64,000 bases of DNA. Source: Malacoraja senta. Lineage: Eukaryota. Positions 35,476 to 49,258 of the stretch are shown piece after piece; the first letter of the stretch is position 1; each line of letters begins with the position of its first letter. Below the pieces are notes generated by a model that did no database searches, had not been told where the DNA came from, and saw only the letters and a program-made list of their open reading frames with translations. Location of the stretch: positions 1,118,001-1,182,000 of the forward strand of contig CM075999.1 of the NCBI GenBank assembly GCA_038087875.1. The letters are read 5' to 3'. Both the position numbers and the translations under genes were made by a program.

Positions 35476-36284
35476 TTACTTTCCACGGATCAATTATGTG
35501 CATCTACAATTTCAAGGATTTTAATGAGAGGTCAAGGCAATGTAAAGTCAAACAATAGCAAATAATGAGTGTGGATCGTGCACTCGGTAATACTCATCAC
35601 TTCTGTATGGCTGTTCACTTTTAAAGCTGTTAATGTGACTTTATTTCAAATTGATCTAAGCCTCCATTAAAGGAGCAGATAAGGAGTATCAGATCAAACC
35701 ATTCAAGGCATACATAGACAGGGTAGACAGTCAGAACCTTTTCCCCAGGATGTCCAACAATAGAGGGCATAGCCATAAGGTGAGATGGGGGATGTTTAAT
35801 GGAGATGTACAGAGCATATTTTTTTACACAGAGAGAGGTGGGGGCCTGGAACGCACGGCCAGGGGTGCTGGTGGGGGCAGATACACTGGTGGTGTTTGAG
35901 GATTTTAGATAGGCAGTGCAGGGAATAGAGGGATATTGATCATGTGCAAGCATATATAATAATAATAATAATAATCATTTTATTTACTGGTGCCTTTCTA
36001 AAACCCAAGGACCTTACAATGCATAGAATCACAACAAAAAAATACAAAAATCAATCATCATGTTCGACACAAACATTGAGGGCTGCAGGCCCCATTCCTG
36101 TGCTGTACTGTTCTATGTTCTACACCATCTATACAATTGTCACCAATAGTAACTTGTAGCTTTAGAAGGTCAGTGAAAGAATAAATGAGAAGTGTCACCA
36201 ATTTGATGCATTCTCAGTTGCAGGAGATAGGAAATGTATAATAGATATCTCCCTTCTAATTCTTTTGCTAATTATCTTAACTGA

Positions 36285-36650
36285 GGTTCATAGGAGGAGA
36301 ATTCCAGGAGGAGAATTAGGACATTCGGCCCATCAAGTCTACTCCGCCAATCAATCATGGCTGATCTATCTTTCCCTCTCAACCCCATTTTCCTGCCTTC
36401 TTCCCATAACCCTTGACACCCATACTTATTTAAGAATCTGTCAATCCCTGCCTTAAAAATACCCATTGACTTGGCCTCCACAGCCATCTGTGGCAATGAA
36501 TTCCATGGATTCACCACTGAAGAAATTCCTCCTCATCATCTTTCTAAAGATATGTCCTTTTATTCTGAGGTTATGGCCTCTGGTCCTAGACTCTCCCACC
36601 AGTGGAAACATCCTCTCCACATTCACTCTATCCAGGCCTTTCACTATTCG
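36285..36650 (-). mobile_element. CR1 LINE 3' fragment
   Basis: RIVKGLDRV.VERMFPLVGESRTRGHNLRIKG. Confidence 0.8.
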
Positions 36651-37026
36651 AATTCGGTTATTTATTTTCCTGGAAGAAAACCTATCCACATTTTCTATTC
36701 CTTTATAACTTTGAGCACGTCCATTCATTTTCAACTTTGGTTCCACTTCTCCGAATGGCAGATATATTCATCCCATGGCAAATTTCCTTTGCCCGCAAAA
36801 GAAACTGTGATTTTACTTCGGAGTCACGTGAGTGACTACGTGAAGAGCCCGTCCAGCACGCATGCGCGACATTAGCGTTCACGCAGTGCAACAGCGACGA
36901 CCGGGAGTACAGGCGCTCCCGCTACACGTCGGTGGAAAATAAACAGCGGACCATCAGGTAATTCTTACTCTGTGGTCGTAATCAGCAAGCTGTGCTCTGC
37001 TCTGTATTCCAGGGGAACTGGGAAAA

Positions 37027-38265
37027 TGAGCAGCACGGCAAAGGAAGAAAACCGCCCCCCGTTCGACTCCAACAGAACGGGAGTGCTCCATCAGTGGGGG
37101 GCAAGAGGCGGCACCTGGACCGCATATGCGGCGGTCCACCCTCATCGAGACCGAGCCGAGCCCAGTACCGCTAGCGCAGCCTGATGAGCGGCAGCGGGCT
37201 GGAGGAAATGTTTTTTTTTAAAAAACAACAAAAAAACGGCCGGTTATGTCTGACTCCGATGAGGAGGGTCCACCTTAGAGCGGCAGAGCTAGCCGCCTGA
37301 GCCGAATGGAAAGGCTCATGGAGCAACTGCTCCAGCGAGACTTGCTTCAGGAGCTAGAGCAGTCTCGCCAGGGGGATCAGGCACTCCCACAGCAGTGCTC
37401 TACAAGGCACTGGCCATCGCTTTCCCCTCAAAGCAGGGCAGCGTTGGCGACCAGGGCTGGGCTGGTCAGGAACAGGGGTCATTGGCTGAAGATGTCGGGA
37501 GTACGCTTGGGGTACAGGATCAGGAAGAGCTGCTGGGTGTGGAGATTCGCTACGTGGTTACACCACGAGCAGGGCGGCCGTTGCAGCCAAAACTGGCGGC
37601 CAGCATTAACCACCTGTCCCTCAAACCCCTACAAGACAGGTACTTAATGAGGCACTAGAGCTGGAAAACTGCAGTTCGCTCAATGTACCGGCTGTTAACA
37701 GCCAAATCTGGGGGGGGGGGGACAGGGTATCCGGAACCAGGAGCTAAAATCCTCAAGCTCCTGACGACAGGGATAACAGCCTATGCTCGTTCCGTGGATG
37801 GGGTGCACATGACCACAAACCAGCAAGACACTCTGGCTCTGCTGTGCAACCCCCAATATGATATAAACAACCTCCGCAAGGAGAGAATAAGACCTGCCCT
37901 CAATCCCAGGTTTGCAGGACTGTGTAAAACACCGGCCTCAGAGCCGCAGATCCTGTTATTTGGAAGGACAAGTGAAAGACCTGGAGGAAGAGTCCAAAGC
38001 ATTTGGCCTCATGAGGGCAGGCCCCGGAATGAGCAGACCCACACAAAAAAACAGACGGCAGTACCCCACCGCGTCCACCAGTCGAGGTCAAATTTATGGA
38101 ACTGGTGAAAGCTCGGGGTCCGCATACTATCCCCGAAAGCCTTTTTAGGCCAGGGCCCAGAGCGGACCCCATGGAAAATGCGCCACCCCCAATCAGCAGT
38201 ACATCAGCAGTACATCCAACAGTATAACGACGGATGAACAAACGGAAGAAAGGAACACTACCATA
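37027..38265 (+). pseudogene. DIRS gag-like ORF1 remnant
   Basis: Position after the left ITR; INNLRKERIRPALNPRFAGLC aligns with INCLRKTAIRPTINPKYASLC of the other DIRS copy. Confidence 0.65.
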
Positions 38266-38268
38266 ACT

Positions 38269-40160
38269 ATGGAGGTAGGTGGGTCTGGTTCCTACCAGCA
38301 TGTAAATGGGGAACTGTACTAACAGGAGGTGTCTCACGAATGATAGTTATATACTTAACAGTATTCGGGGATACAAAATAGAGTTCATTCAAGAAAACAT
38401 GCCACCAGTTCAGCACGTACCCCAAAGGGTCTTTACCCTCTCAGTCAAAGAGAACTAGAGGCTCAAGCAGAACTGGTGAGGTTACTTACAAAGGGTGTCA
38501 TTGAGAAATCCAAACATGAACCTTTGGAATTTGTCTCAAATATATTTACCAAAAGCAAAAAAGATGGTGGATGTCGCATCATCATTGACTTAACCTCACT
38601 AAATACCTTTGTTAAGTATGTACATTTCAAAATGGAAACATTTGTAACTGCTAAACAACTGATTTCCAAAGGATACTTTATGGCAAGCATTGATCTAAAA
38701 GATGCCTACTATTCAGTACCCATTCACAAGGGTCATCGCAGATACCTGAAAATTTACCTGGATGGGGCAACTATGGCAGTATAAAGTGTTGCCTAATGGG
38801 TTGACATCAGCCCTAGACTATTTACCAAGATATTAAAACCAGCCTTGGCAACATTAACGAAACAAAGACATATTGTCATGGCGTAACTTGATGATATCCT
38901 AATAGTAGGCAAAACCATGGAGTTGGCTAAATCAGCTGTATTAGCTACCAAACAATTGTTTGAAACCCTGGGTTTGTCATACATCCAGATAAATCTAAGT
39001 TGACGCCATCCACAACTATGGACTATCTGGGATTCACAATTAACTCAATCCACATGTCTGTAACGTTGCCAAAAGGTAAAGCAGCAGAATTGGCACAGAT
39101 GTGCAACAATTTAATGGTAAGCAATCGACCAACCATCCGACAAGTGGCAAGAGTAATTGGCAAAATGGTAGCAGCATTTTCAGCTACACAATTTGGACAC
39201 CTGCACTATCAGCACCTACAAAGGGCAAAAGTACAGGTGTTGAAACGACATGCAGGTCACTTTGACAGAACCATGAAACTACCCATTGAAGCAATATCAG
39301 AGTTACAATGGTGGATATAACATTTGGCATAGTTCCAGCCCTATCATCATCAATAACCCAACGTTAACTATACAAACAGATGCCAGTGCTCAAGGCTGGG
39401 GAGCAACTAATACCATATCCAGCACAGGTGGTAGATGGACTAACCTAGACTCATCTTTACTACAAACACTGGGCATAAATTATTTGGAAATGTTGGGTGC
39501 GTTTTATGGTTTTAAAGCATATTCTAGGAATATGCACAACTTGCATCTTCATTTACAAATTGATAATATCACGGTGGTGGCCTATATTAACCATATGGGC
39601 GGAATAAAATCGATATCATGTGACAATTTGGTCAACACAATCTGGTAATGGTGGGTAGATAGACATATTTGGCTATCAGCAACTTACCTACCAGGTAAGC
39701 TAAATACAGTGCCAGGTCACGCAAATTCAATGATAAACACCGAATGGATGTTAAATCCTAGAGCTTTTGCTAAAATTACAAACCAATATGGCACACCAGA
39801 TATCGATCTCTTTGCATCCAGACTAAATCACCACGTACCAATGTATGTCCCTTGGGAACCACACCCTGAGGCAGCAGCGATAGATGCATTCGCGCTGAAC
39901 TGGGGGACCTATTTCTTCTATGCTTTTTCCCCCTTCTGCCTTAATCTGTAGGGTACTACGCAAAATACAGATGGACTCTGCTTCAGGTATTTTGATAGTA
40001 CCAACTGGCCTACACAGCCATGGTTCCCAGTGGTACTCGACATGGTCATCGAAACTCCTATGACCTTTCCCAGTAGCCCAGACCTATTGACGCACCCTGT
40101 ATCAGGCATAAGTCATCCATGCCATGACAAAATTAACCTACTGGGTTGCAGATTATCAAA
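38269..40160 (+). pseudogene. DIRS RT-RNase H-methyltransferase-like ORF remnant
   Basis: FMASIDLKDAYYSVPI, A*LDDILI, IQTDASAQGWG, INYLEM, DNITVVAYINHMGG, DLFASRLN..IDAFALNW..YAFSPF. Confidence 0.9.
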
Positions 40161-40169
40161 AGACCACTG

Positions 40170-41110
40170 CTGGGACTGGGGTGTCTGACAGGACCATCAA
40201 CATGATGACACCGTATGTCTACCAGGAAACAATACCTATCGAGCATCAGGAAGTGGGAAAGATACTGCTCGACTACTGGGACAACATACTCATCTGCAAC
40301 CATAACCAATGTACTGGAGTTCCTGGGGGGCCTTCACCATAATGAAGGATTGAGCTACACCGCCATCAATACTGCCAGAAGTGCGCTGTCAGCCTACTTA
40401 AAACAGGTGCCAGGACAACAGGCCATAGGGTCTCAACCGCTGGTGATCAAACTCATGAGGAGTATCGTCAACTCCAACCCTCTTAGACCTAGGTATACCC
40501 AAATCTGGGATGTCAGTGTGGTCCTGACATACCTAAGGGGATGGTCCCCAGCCAGGTCTCACCCTGGAAAAGCTAACCCTGAAAACGGTCATGCTGATGC
40601 CACTAGTCTCAGCACAAAGAGTCCAGTCCCTCCACTTACTGCGACTGGACAACATGGTTATAACACCAGACCGGGTCGTTCACCATTCAGGAGCTGCTAA
40701 AGCAGAGCAAGCCAGGAACTTGAGTCCTAGTTATGGATTTCCGGGCATACCCACCTGACCTACGGTTGTGTGTCATGACTCACTTATTCACTTACATCAA
40801 CACAACAAGAGATTCTCGAGGGAGAAGGGAAAAAAAAAAAAGGAAAAAAAAAAAAGAAAAAGAAAAGCCTTATGGGTCAGCCACAAGAAACCTCATGGTT
40901 GGGTGTCGAGCCAAACCATCTCGAGATGGCTCAAGCAGGTACTGGGAGCTGCTGGAGTAGATACTGATGTATATACATCTCACTCCACCAGGGCAGCATC
41001 CACATCGGCGGCTAAAAGAATGAACATGGAGAAAACGTTCCAGACGTTCTACCACAAGCCGCTAGCAGAACCTGTGTTATTTGCAGAAAGAGTTTTAAAA
41101 TCTGCAAAAA
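40170..41110 (+). pseudogene. DIRS tyrosine recombinase remnant
   Basis: LSYTAINTARSALS, PRYTQIWDVSVVL, TISRWLKQVL, HSTRAASTSAA, TFQTFY. Confidence 0.88.
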
Positions 41111-42594
41111 TATATAATTTAAGCCCGGGGGAGCATTTTGTCTTTTGTTATTGTTTAATAGATACCATTATTGTTTACAAACAGATTATGATTGATTACG
41201 ATAACATACTTCCTCCCTTGAATGACTTCGGCAGCGAGTGAAGTATGAACTGTTACACGGTTTGAAATCACAGAGCTTTAAAATCTTCACGTAGTCACTC
41301 ACGTGACTCCGAAGTAAAATAGTAAGATTAAACGAGAACTTACCAGTTTGAAGTTTGATCTGTATTTTATGAGGAGTTACGATGAGGGATTACGTGCCCT
41401 CCGCTCCCACCCTCAATTATAGATCAACTGGTATCTTAGTTCTCCTTTTCTTTACTATGTTTATTTCAATTATTGTGTTTCCTGTGATTCCACACCGCTG
41501 CTTTGAAGAATGTCGCGCATGCGTGCTGGACGGGCTCTTCACGTAATCCCTCATCGTAACTCCTCATAAAATACAGATCAAACTTCAAACTGGTAAGTTC
41601 TCGTTTAATCTTACTATTATATTTCCTTCGAATGGAAACGAATCAAGGCTTAATTTCACATTTCACAGCCTGTCTCTTCACGTTTTTCCTCTTCGCCCTG
41701 TCGGTATGCTGTGCAACACTGCTTTGATTGATTCATGTGAAGAAAGGTTCTGATCTCGCTTGCTCAAACAACGCATCACTCAACGTAGCCACTCTGTAAA
41801 CCATGACCCAAAATAGAAACTTGCATTCATTGATCCTACTCAAAGCCGAATGTTTTAACTTGGTGACTAATTACAATCATCTCCCTTCAAGTCTTATTAT
41901 CTCATCTTTTCTTTGACGACTTCTGAGTTAACTCTAATGGCAACTGGATCTCTACTTTCAGGGTAGACTGTGGGGCATGGGGGAGCAAATAACTATGTTT
42001 TCAAAGAAATGGAAAATTATCCAATGTGCCCCGTTTGAGTAGACAGATGAGACAAAGGTTTGCGTACGACAGATGTACAGAAATTCACTCGAGGTGGCAC
42101 AGAGGGTGGGAGGGAGGTCCAGGGTAACTCTGTGGTTACCCTATGCAAGAGAAGAACGGGTGAGAGAGCACCCGGAGAAAACCCACGCAGTCACGGGGAG
42201 AACGTACAAACTCTGTTCATATCTCTGGCTCTGTAAGGCAACAACACTACCGCTGCGCCACCGTGCCGCCCCTTGATATTGAATACTCCATCTTTAGATC
42301 ATTTGTTCTTTATTTCCTTTTGCATCAGCCAATTTTTGGCTGCAGTCCCTTTCTTTTTTTTCATTCATTTGTATACTGGGGCCTCTTGAGCATGGTCCAG
42401 TAGGTCAGACTGTGCAACATTACCCTGCGTTTATTACATTAGCCACATATATAATAACACAGATAAGGGAGCTTAACTGTCCTTCCATGGTCACCTTAGA
42501 AACATAGAGCAACGAAACAGGCCCTTCTGTCCTGGCCGACCACGATTCCTGTCTAAGCATGTCCAATTTGCTTGCATTTGGCCCATTTTACATT

Positions 42595-43156
42595 TAGGTT
42601 TATTAGTGTCACCTGTACCAAGGTACAGTGAAAAGCTTTCAAACTCAAATACAATAGATAGAGCAAAGGGGAAGATCCGGAGTGCAGAATATAGCTCTCA
42701 GCATTGGAACGTATCAGTTCCAGAGACAGAGTGCAATGTCCGCAATGGGGAAGAGGTGAATTGGACAGTACTCCAGCTTATGGAAGGACTGTTCAGAAGC
42801 CTGATAATAGAAGGGAAGAAACTGTTTCTGAGTCTGGTGGTGCGCACTTTCAAGCTTCTGTGCGTTCTGCCGGATGCGAGCAGGGAAAAGAAGGAATGAC
42901 CTGGGTGGGACAATTCTTCAATTAGGTTGGCTGCTTTTCTGAGGCAGCGTGAAGTGTAGATTGAGTCAGTGGTGGGAAGACTGGTCTGTGTGATGGACTG
43001 GGCTACGTCTACAACTCTGCAATTGCTTGAGGCCTTGGGCAGAACTATTCCCAAATCAAGCTTTGATGCAATTCTTTCTATGGTGCATCTGTCGATGTTT
43101 GTGAAGTCACTGGAGACATGCCAAATTTCCTCAGCCACCTCAGGAAGCAGAGGCAT
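42595..43156 (-). mobile_element. Rex1/Babar-like 3' fragment
   Basis: VAQSITQTSLP..YTSRCLRKAA..HPGHSFFSLLASGR..RLRNSFFP..IRLLN. Confidence 0.75.
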
Positions 43157-43489
43157 TGGTGTAAAACAATCCTATCCCTGAAACTGTGAAATTGGTGCCA
43201 AAAGCAGGCGACTATTGCTTATGGACTGGGTGGCTGTTTCTATGTATTCTGTACTTCATCATGGATTATTCTTATGTGTAGCAATAATCTTACTGATCTG
43301 TGTGCAAACAAATCTAATAATACAGGTTTGGTAAATGTGATCATAAAAGAACCATTGAACCATTGATATGAGATCATCTTCTTGCCTCATCCACTGTCTG
43401 TTCAACACACTAGAAATGTTAGGCAGATGTGCATTGCCATTGTCACCCACTCCGAAAAATTCACCTGAGTTGGTCGCTGACAGGTCACA

Positions 43490-43928
43490 AGTTCACGGTA
43501 TAGAAGTAGAATTTGGCCATTCGGCCCATCGAGTCTACTCCGCCATTCAATCATGGCTGATCTCTGCCTCCTAATCGCACTTTCCTGCCTTCTCCCCATA
43601 ACCCTTGACACACATTCTAATCAAGAATCTGTCTATCTCTGCCTTAGAAATATCCACTGATTTGGCTTCCACAGCCTTCTGTGGCAATGAGTTCCACAGA
43701 TGGACCACCCTCTGACTAAAGAAGTTCCTCCTCGCCTCCTTTCTAAAAGAGCGCCCTTTTAAATCTGAGGCTATGACCTCTGGTCCGAGACTCTCCCACC
43801 AGTGGAAACATCATTTCCACATCCACTCTATCAATGCCTTTCGTTATTCTGGAGGTTTCAATGAGGTCCGTCCCCCCCCCCCCTCAGCCTTCTAAACTCC
43901 AGCGAGACGAGGCCCAGGGCTGTCAAGC
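43490..43928 (-). mobile_element. CR1 LINE 3' fragment
   Basis: Homologous to 19385-19831. Confidence 0.8.
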
Positions 43929-44840
43929 CAGGTCATCGATGTTCAGATTGGTGACAGCACTAATCCCCAAAGGAGGTCATTGTTTGGACGTCTCCCAGAG
44001 CGTGATAAGTGGACAGGGGCACTCTATAGTATTGACCATGTAGACATCGTTAAACTCCCAGGGTTGCAGACGTGCAGATCTCAGCACTGTTTCTGCAGAA
44101 GACTGGAGTGTCTGTCAGCATTACATGTTGTCGATGAATCAAAGATAGTTGTCAGGAGTTAATTGACGCAATGTCATGGCAGATTGAGAGAGTAGCTTGC
44201 GAGTCTCTCATCATGAACTGCCTCGTTAGGCAGATCAAGTATCTTCCTGTTATGAGCAACTGTTAGGGCAGCCAAGTGTTTAGAACGGGATATTTCAGAG
44301 GCTTAGAATTGTAAAGCATGAAAACAGGGCCCTTCAGCGCACTGAGTTCACGCCGATCATGAAGCATCTACTAATAATCCAGACCATCACACAAACTAAC
44401 CTCCCTTCCATTGACTCCATCTACACTTCACGCTGCCTCGGAAAGGCCGCCAGCATTATCAAGGATGACTCTCACCCTGGTCATTCCTTCTTCAGCCCTT
44501 GAGACCTCCGAACTCAAGTGATTACACTCTTAGACGGCAGAGTTATTGTACAGGACACTGGTTACCCTGACTGCCGCATATTGCTTCCTAGTCAGACCAA
44601 CAGGGTAAAATTCCAGCAGGCGAGCTTCAAAAAGACAGCTAACATCATCTGTGCAATGGGTCTTTAGTTTAGAGATTTTAGTTTAGAATTATAGGGTGGA
44701 AAGAGGTCCCTCGGCCCATTGAGACTCCTAAGAAACAGAAGGTGAGAGACAAAACAGTTGAACAGTTGGAAATGTGGTTGTACTATGGCCAGAGATGAAG
44801 AAACAAAATGTGTGAGAAAAGAATAGCATAGACGACAATT

Positions 44841-45160
44841 GGGCGGCACGGTGGCACAGCGGTAGCGTTTCTGCCTTACAGCGCAAGAGACCCGGTTTGA
44901 TCCTGACTATGGGTGCTGTCTGTACAGAGTTTGTACGTTCTGCCCACGACTTGCGTGGGTTTTCTCTGGCTGCTGCGGTTTCCTCCCACACTCCAAAGAC
45001 CGCCGGGTTTGTAGGCTAATTGGATTGGTAAAAATTGTAAATTGTCCCTAGTGTGTGTTGGACAGTGTTAGAGTGTGGGGATCGCTGGTCGGTGCGGACT
45101 CGGTGGGCCGAAGGGCCTGTTTCCGCGCTGCATCTCTAAACTAAACTAAAACTAAACTAA
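44841..45160 (+). mobile_element. HE1-like SINE, full length
   Basis: A/B boxes, core, (CTAAA)n tail. Confidence 0.85.
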
Positions 45161-47135
45161 TAGAAGATGCACGAATTGTGAAGCCAGAGGAAGGATTTTA
45201 GGTAAAAGGGGATGGAGGGAAGGGGAAAGGGGAGAAATAAGTGCAAATCCAGGTGAGGCACAAGGAAGAGAGGGGGGAAAAGAGGGTGGGTGGTTGTTTG
45301 TAGGTTAGTTACCTAAAATTGGAGAATTCAATATCCATACCGTCAGGTTGTAAGTTACCCAAGCACAATATGAGGTGCTGTTGCTCCAGTAATAAATGGA
45401 TTAAATTAAATTCTTCCCATTGATTTCAATGGGATTGCAGCTTGTGCCAAGGTTTGCCTTGCTGGAGATCTCCCAGCCTAAGACTCTGGGGAATGTGAGG
45501 AAGCTCGCATTGTCGCATTGGATTCCAAAAGGACACAGCCCAGGTATCTCAGAGATAGCAACCACCTGGGACTGGAGGGCTTTTGTTCAGCCTGGAGTCA
45601 TCAATCGCGAGCTTCTGCCTAGTGCTGTGTTGGCGAATCCCCGGTGACTTTTAAATGGATTTGCTACAATGTGTTCAGGAGCTCATTTATTATATCCACA
45701 ATGATCCATTTTGCAATTGCAATTTAAATAATTAAATAAGGAGAAAGAAATACATTTACTTCTTCATTGAAGAACCCGAAGCAAAGAGAGAAAATCTGAT
45801 TTGCGCATTCATTTTATTTTATTCTTCTTATCTATTAGCAATACTGTGAAATGGCCAAGCAGCGATTCCAAAGCTCTGGAAAAGGTCATAAGAACATAAG
45901 AAATGGGAACAGTCTCAAGAATGTGACCAGCGATCACCTCGTACACTCGCACTATCCCACGCACTAGGGGCAATTTACAAACATTTCCGATTTTACCCAA
46001 GCCAGTCTTTGGAGCGTGGGAGGAAACAGGAGCACCCAGAGAAATCTCACGTGGTCACGGGGAAAACGTACAAGCGCCGTACTGACAGCACCCGTGGTCA
46101 GGATCAAACCCGGGTCTCTGGCGCTGTAAGGCAGCAACTCTACCGCTGCGTCACCGTGCCAACAGGAGCAAGGATTACATTATATTGAGGTTGAATTTTG
46201 CCAACAAAAATTACTCCCACCTTATCTTAGTCATGGCCTCTTTGGATCCACGGAGCTGGTCAGGCAACCCAGGTTCCAACCTGGTTCCACACTAAATGGT
46301 AGGCCATTGAAGCCCTACTTCCATTATAAAGGGATCGTTGGATGGTTCAACTGGATGCGTTGGACCCCTTGTGATAGCATGGCTGCTTGCATCAACAAGA
46401 TGGAAGGCAATTGATCTCCACTCTGAGGCTGTAGAGCTACTCATTAACATCACACTAGTTTTTGACCTGAGTCTTTGAACCTTACAAGCCAATAAACGAC
46501 TTACCTCGGGATTCCATTTGTCATCTTGAAAGCTTCATTAGATCACCTATTTCACGAAACAAAACACGTCCAACAACTTTAGCCTTTAATCTTCTAGATT
46601 AGTGATGCTGTGAGTCATTTATTTGCTGCCTCTGGTTTATCAAGTGTTTTAATGTCCTTAAATGCTTCTTGATTTCTTAATATGCATGTACAGTTGGTTT
46701 TTAGTTCAGTGAGCAACCACATTGTGATCTCAGGGACAACATTGTGATCTCCAGTCAATGCCTTGATGCATCATGGCAGAAGGTCATACTTAATGGCTTC
46801 AGTCAGTTGTATTTCACCTTTCAGTCAAAGGGTAAAACAAATACCTTCTGTAAAAATGTCCAGTAAAATTTGATTACTAAAAGGGCAGGGAGTAAGAATT
46901 ATTTTTCTACAAATACAAATCGTTATTGAGAATAATACTGTTCGCGTGAATTTCCCTGAAATTATAGCCTTTCAAAAATGCCATAATTTTTACTTTGTGA
47001 ATATATAATGCAATCAAATTTCTTTGCAATGAAGATGAGTTGGAACCATCAGTCATTTCTTCAATGACAACACAGATTTTAAAGAGAAATTTGGATTGTT
47101 GGTATTCTTTATGCACAAGTTTATTTGGAGACTTA

Positions 47136-47493
47136 AGGGCCTGTCCCACTGTAAGAGGTCATTCAAGAGTTCTCCCGAGTTTTCCCCTGATTCGAACTCG
47201 GAGAATGTCACTAGCGGGTCCGTAGGAGCTCGTGGATGTCTCGTAACGGCTCGTACGAGTAACGGTAGGTACTCGGGAAATCCGGTAAACTCGTGACGTT
47301 TTTTCAACACTGTGAAAAATGTCCACGAGTAAAAAAAATACTCGTGATGAAAAATATTGTTACTTTTTACTCGTACGAGCCGCTACGAGACATTCACGAG
47401 CTCCTTCGGACCCGCTACGGACATTCTCCGAGTTCGAATCAGGGGAAAACCCGGGAGAACTCTTGAACTACCTCGTACAGTGGGACAGGCCCT
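47136..47493. mobile_element. PIF/Harbinger-type MITE with ~125-bp TIRs
   Basis: AGGGCCTGTCCCACTGTA... / ...TACAGTGGGACAGGCCCT; TTA TSD. Confidence 0.88.
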
Positions 47494-48118
47494 TTATTCA
47501 TTGCAAACTACATTTGATGAGTTAATGTTCATTCTATTTCCACCACTGAGATACATCTGGTGCATTGACCTCTGAGATAAGGATCTGCATTCACCCAGGG
47601 GAGACCCAAGCTATCGGCAAAGTGCATATTCTGCTTATAGGCACACAAGGTGCTGGAGTAACTCAGATGATCAGGCAGCATCTCTGGAGAACATGGATAG
47701 CTGACATTTCAGATTGAGACATTCTTCAAACTGGTGTAGAACCCGAAACATCACCTACCCGTGTTCTCCAGAGATGCTGCCTGACCAGCCGAGTCACTCC
47801 AGTGTCCTTTTGTGTGTCCACCAGCATCTGCAGTTCCTTGAATCTACATATTGTACTTATTTCTGTCAGAAGGAGAAAGTTGCAGGTTCAAATGCTGCTG
47901 AAAGTTGAATACCTTGTGTAGACTGATTGTCAAGACAAGAAAAAATTGGTTGACAATTGGTTGTACCCCAGCAGAATCAATAGTCCTGAAAGTTCTATCT
48001 CTAGTCTATTTTCATGCTTGATTATAAGCCATGTTCTAATAATACTTCTGCACTTATATTCTACCTTTTATTAATTGCAAATGAGTACTTAACATATTTA
48101 GTACTCAGTAATTCCAGT

Positions 48119-48259
48119 GGGGTGGGCGATTGCAACCTTCGTGCGGTTCGCCCTGTTTCGACGAATGCAATCAACCCGGCGTGCACAATCAAATAAGATC
48201 AAATAGAACAAGTTGTCCTTCAACTTTAGGCTGTGCACGCCATACGCAAGAAGAAGAAG
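48119..48259 (+). mobile_element. Short retroposon with HDV-like ribozyme head and (GAA)n tail, copy 2
   Basis: GGGGTGG-GC-GATTGCA-ACC-TTCGTGC-GGT-TCGCCCT-GTTTCGA-CGAA-TGCAATC; TSD AATTC(C/T)AG. Confidence 0.8.
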
Positions 48260-48864
48260 AATTCTAGCAATTCCACTTGGTCATCTGAAGGGTAGGTGAT
48301 CAATGTTGCTGATAACTATATCCTTGAAAATGGCTGAATTAAAGTGTGTAGGAGCCTTCGTTCAACCTTGACAATTTTTGCCAAAATCAATCTTTCTGAA
48401 CTTGACGTGCCCTCTCGACGACCTTTCTCACACCAATAAAACTGACAAGTGAGGGAATAATTTACCCGACTGATCACTTCAGATGGCACAAACACTCATT
48501 TCACTTCCTGATGATCACTTTTTTTTGCTTCCATTCAATCCATCCCTGAATTCCCTCTCCTCTTTCCCACCAAATATTCTTCCTAGCCTTGGGTACAGTA
48601 ATAAGCAGAATTTCATTCAACCCATAACTCAAAATGTAATCATGCTTTTTGAGAGATCCTTGCTGGAGGCAGTCGATATAAAGCATTGATTTATTTAGTT
48701 TGTCTGGTCGCAGTCAAGGAGTGCCACTGGCCAGAGGCAGCGTGCCAGACGCATTCCTGGCTGCAAGAATGCACATGGTAGGGTTGAAGAACAAGCGCAA
48801 GGTAAGATACACTTGGCCCCCTCTGGCTCAGCACTGAGCTCAGGTGTGGAGCACAAGGTTTAGA

Positions 48865-49258
48865 GTGGCACAGTGGCGCAGCGGTAGAGTTGCTGCCTTA
48901 CAGCGACAGAGACCCGGGTTCGATCCTGACTACATATGCTGTCTGTATGGGGTTTGCACGTTCTCCCCGTGACCACGTGTATTTCCTACGTGCGCTCCGG
49001 TTACCTCCCACATCCCAAAGACGTGCAGGTTTGTAGATTAATTGGCTTCTGTAAACTGTCCCGAGGGTGCAGGATAGAACTAGTGTATGGGTGATCATTG
49101 GGTTTTGTTCAGGTGCTCCAGTTTCCTCCCACACTCCGAAGATGTATAGGTTTGTAAGTTAATTAGCTTCGGTAGTCTATAGTGCCAGTGTACGGGGTGA
49201 TCGGTGTGGAGCCAGTGGGCCAAAGGGCCTTTTTCCACGTTGTATCTCTAAAGTCTAA
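48865..49258 (+). mobile_element. HE1-like SINE with internal duplication
   Basis: A/B boxes; core segment present twice. Confidence 0.75.

Larger units (their letters stand above)
36810..41618 (+). mobile_element. DIRS1-type tyrosine-recombinase retrotransposon, full length, decayed
   Basis: Left ITR ATTTTACTTCGGAGTCACGTG..., ICR 41285-41396, right ITR plus extension ~41509-41618, ATT at both ends. Confidence 0.93.

Noticed and set aside
40829..40866. Poly(A) tail of a retrocopy
   Set aside because: A-run expansion inside the DIRS YR; coding sequence continues on both sides
48082..48107. Short inverted repeat upstream of ribozyme-SINE copy 2
   Set aside because: Outside the TSD and absent at the other two copies
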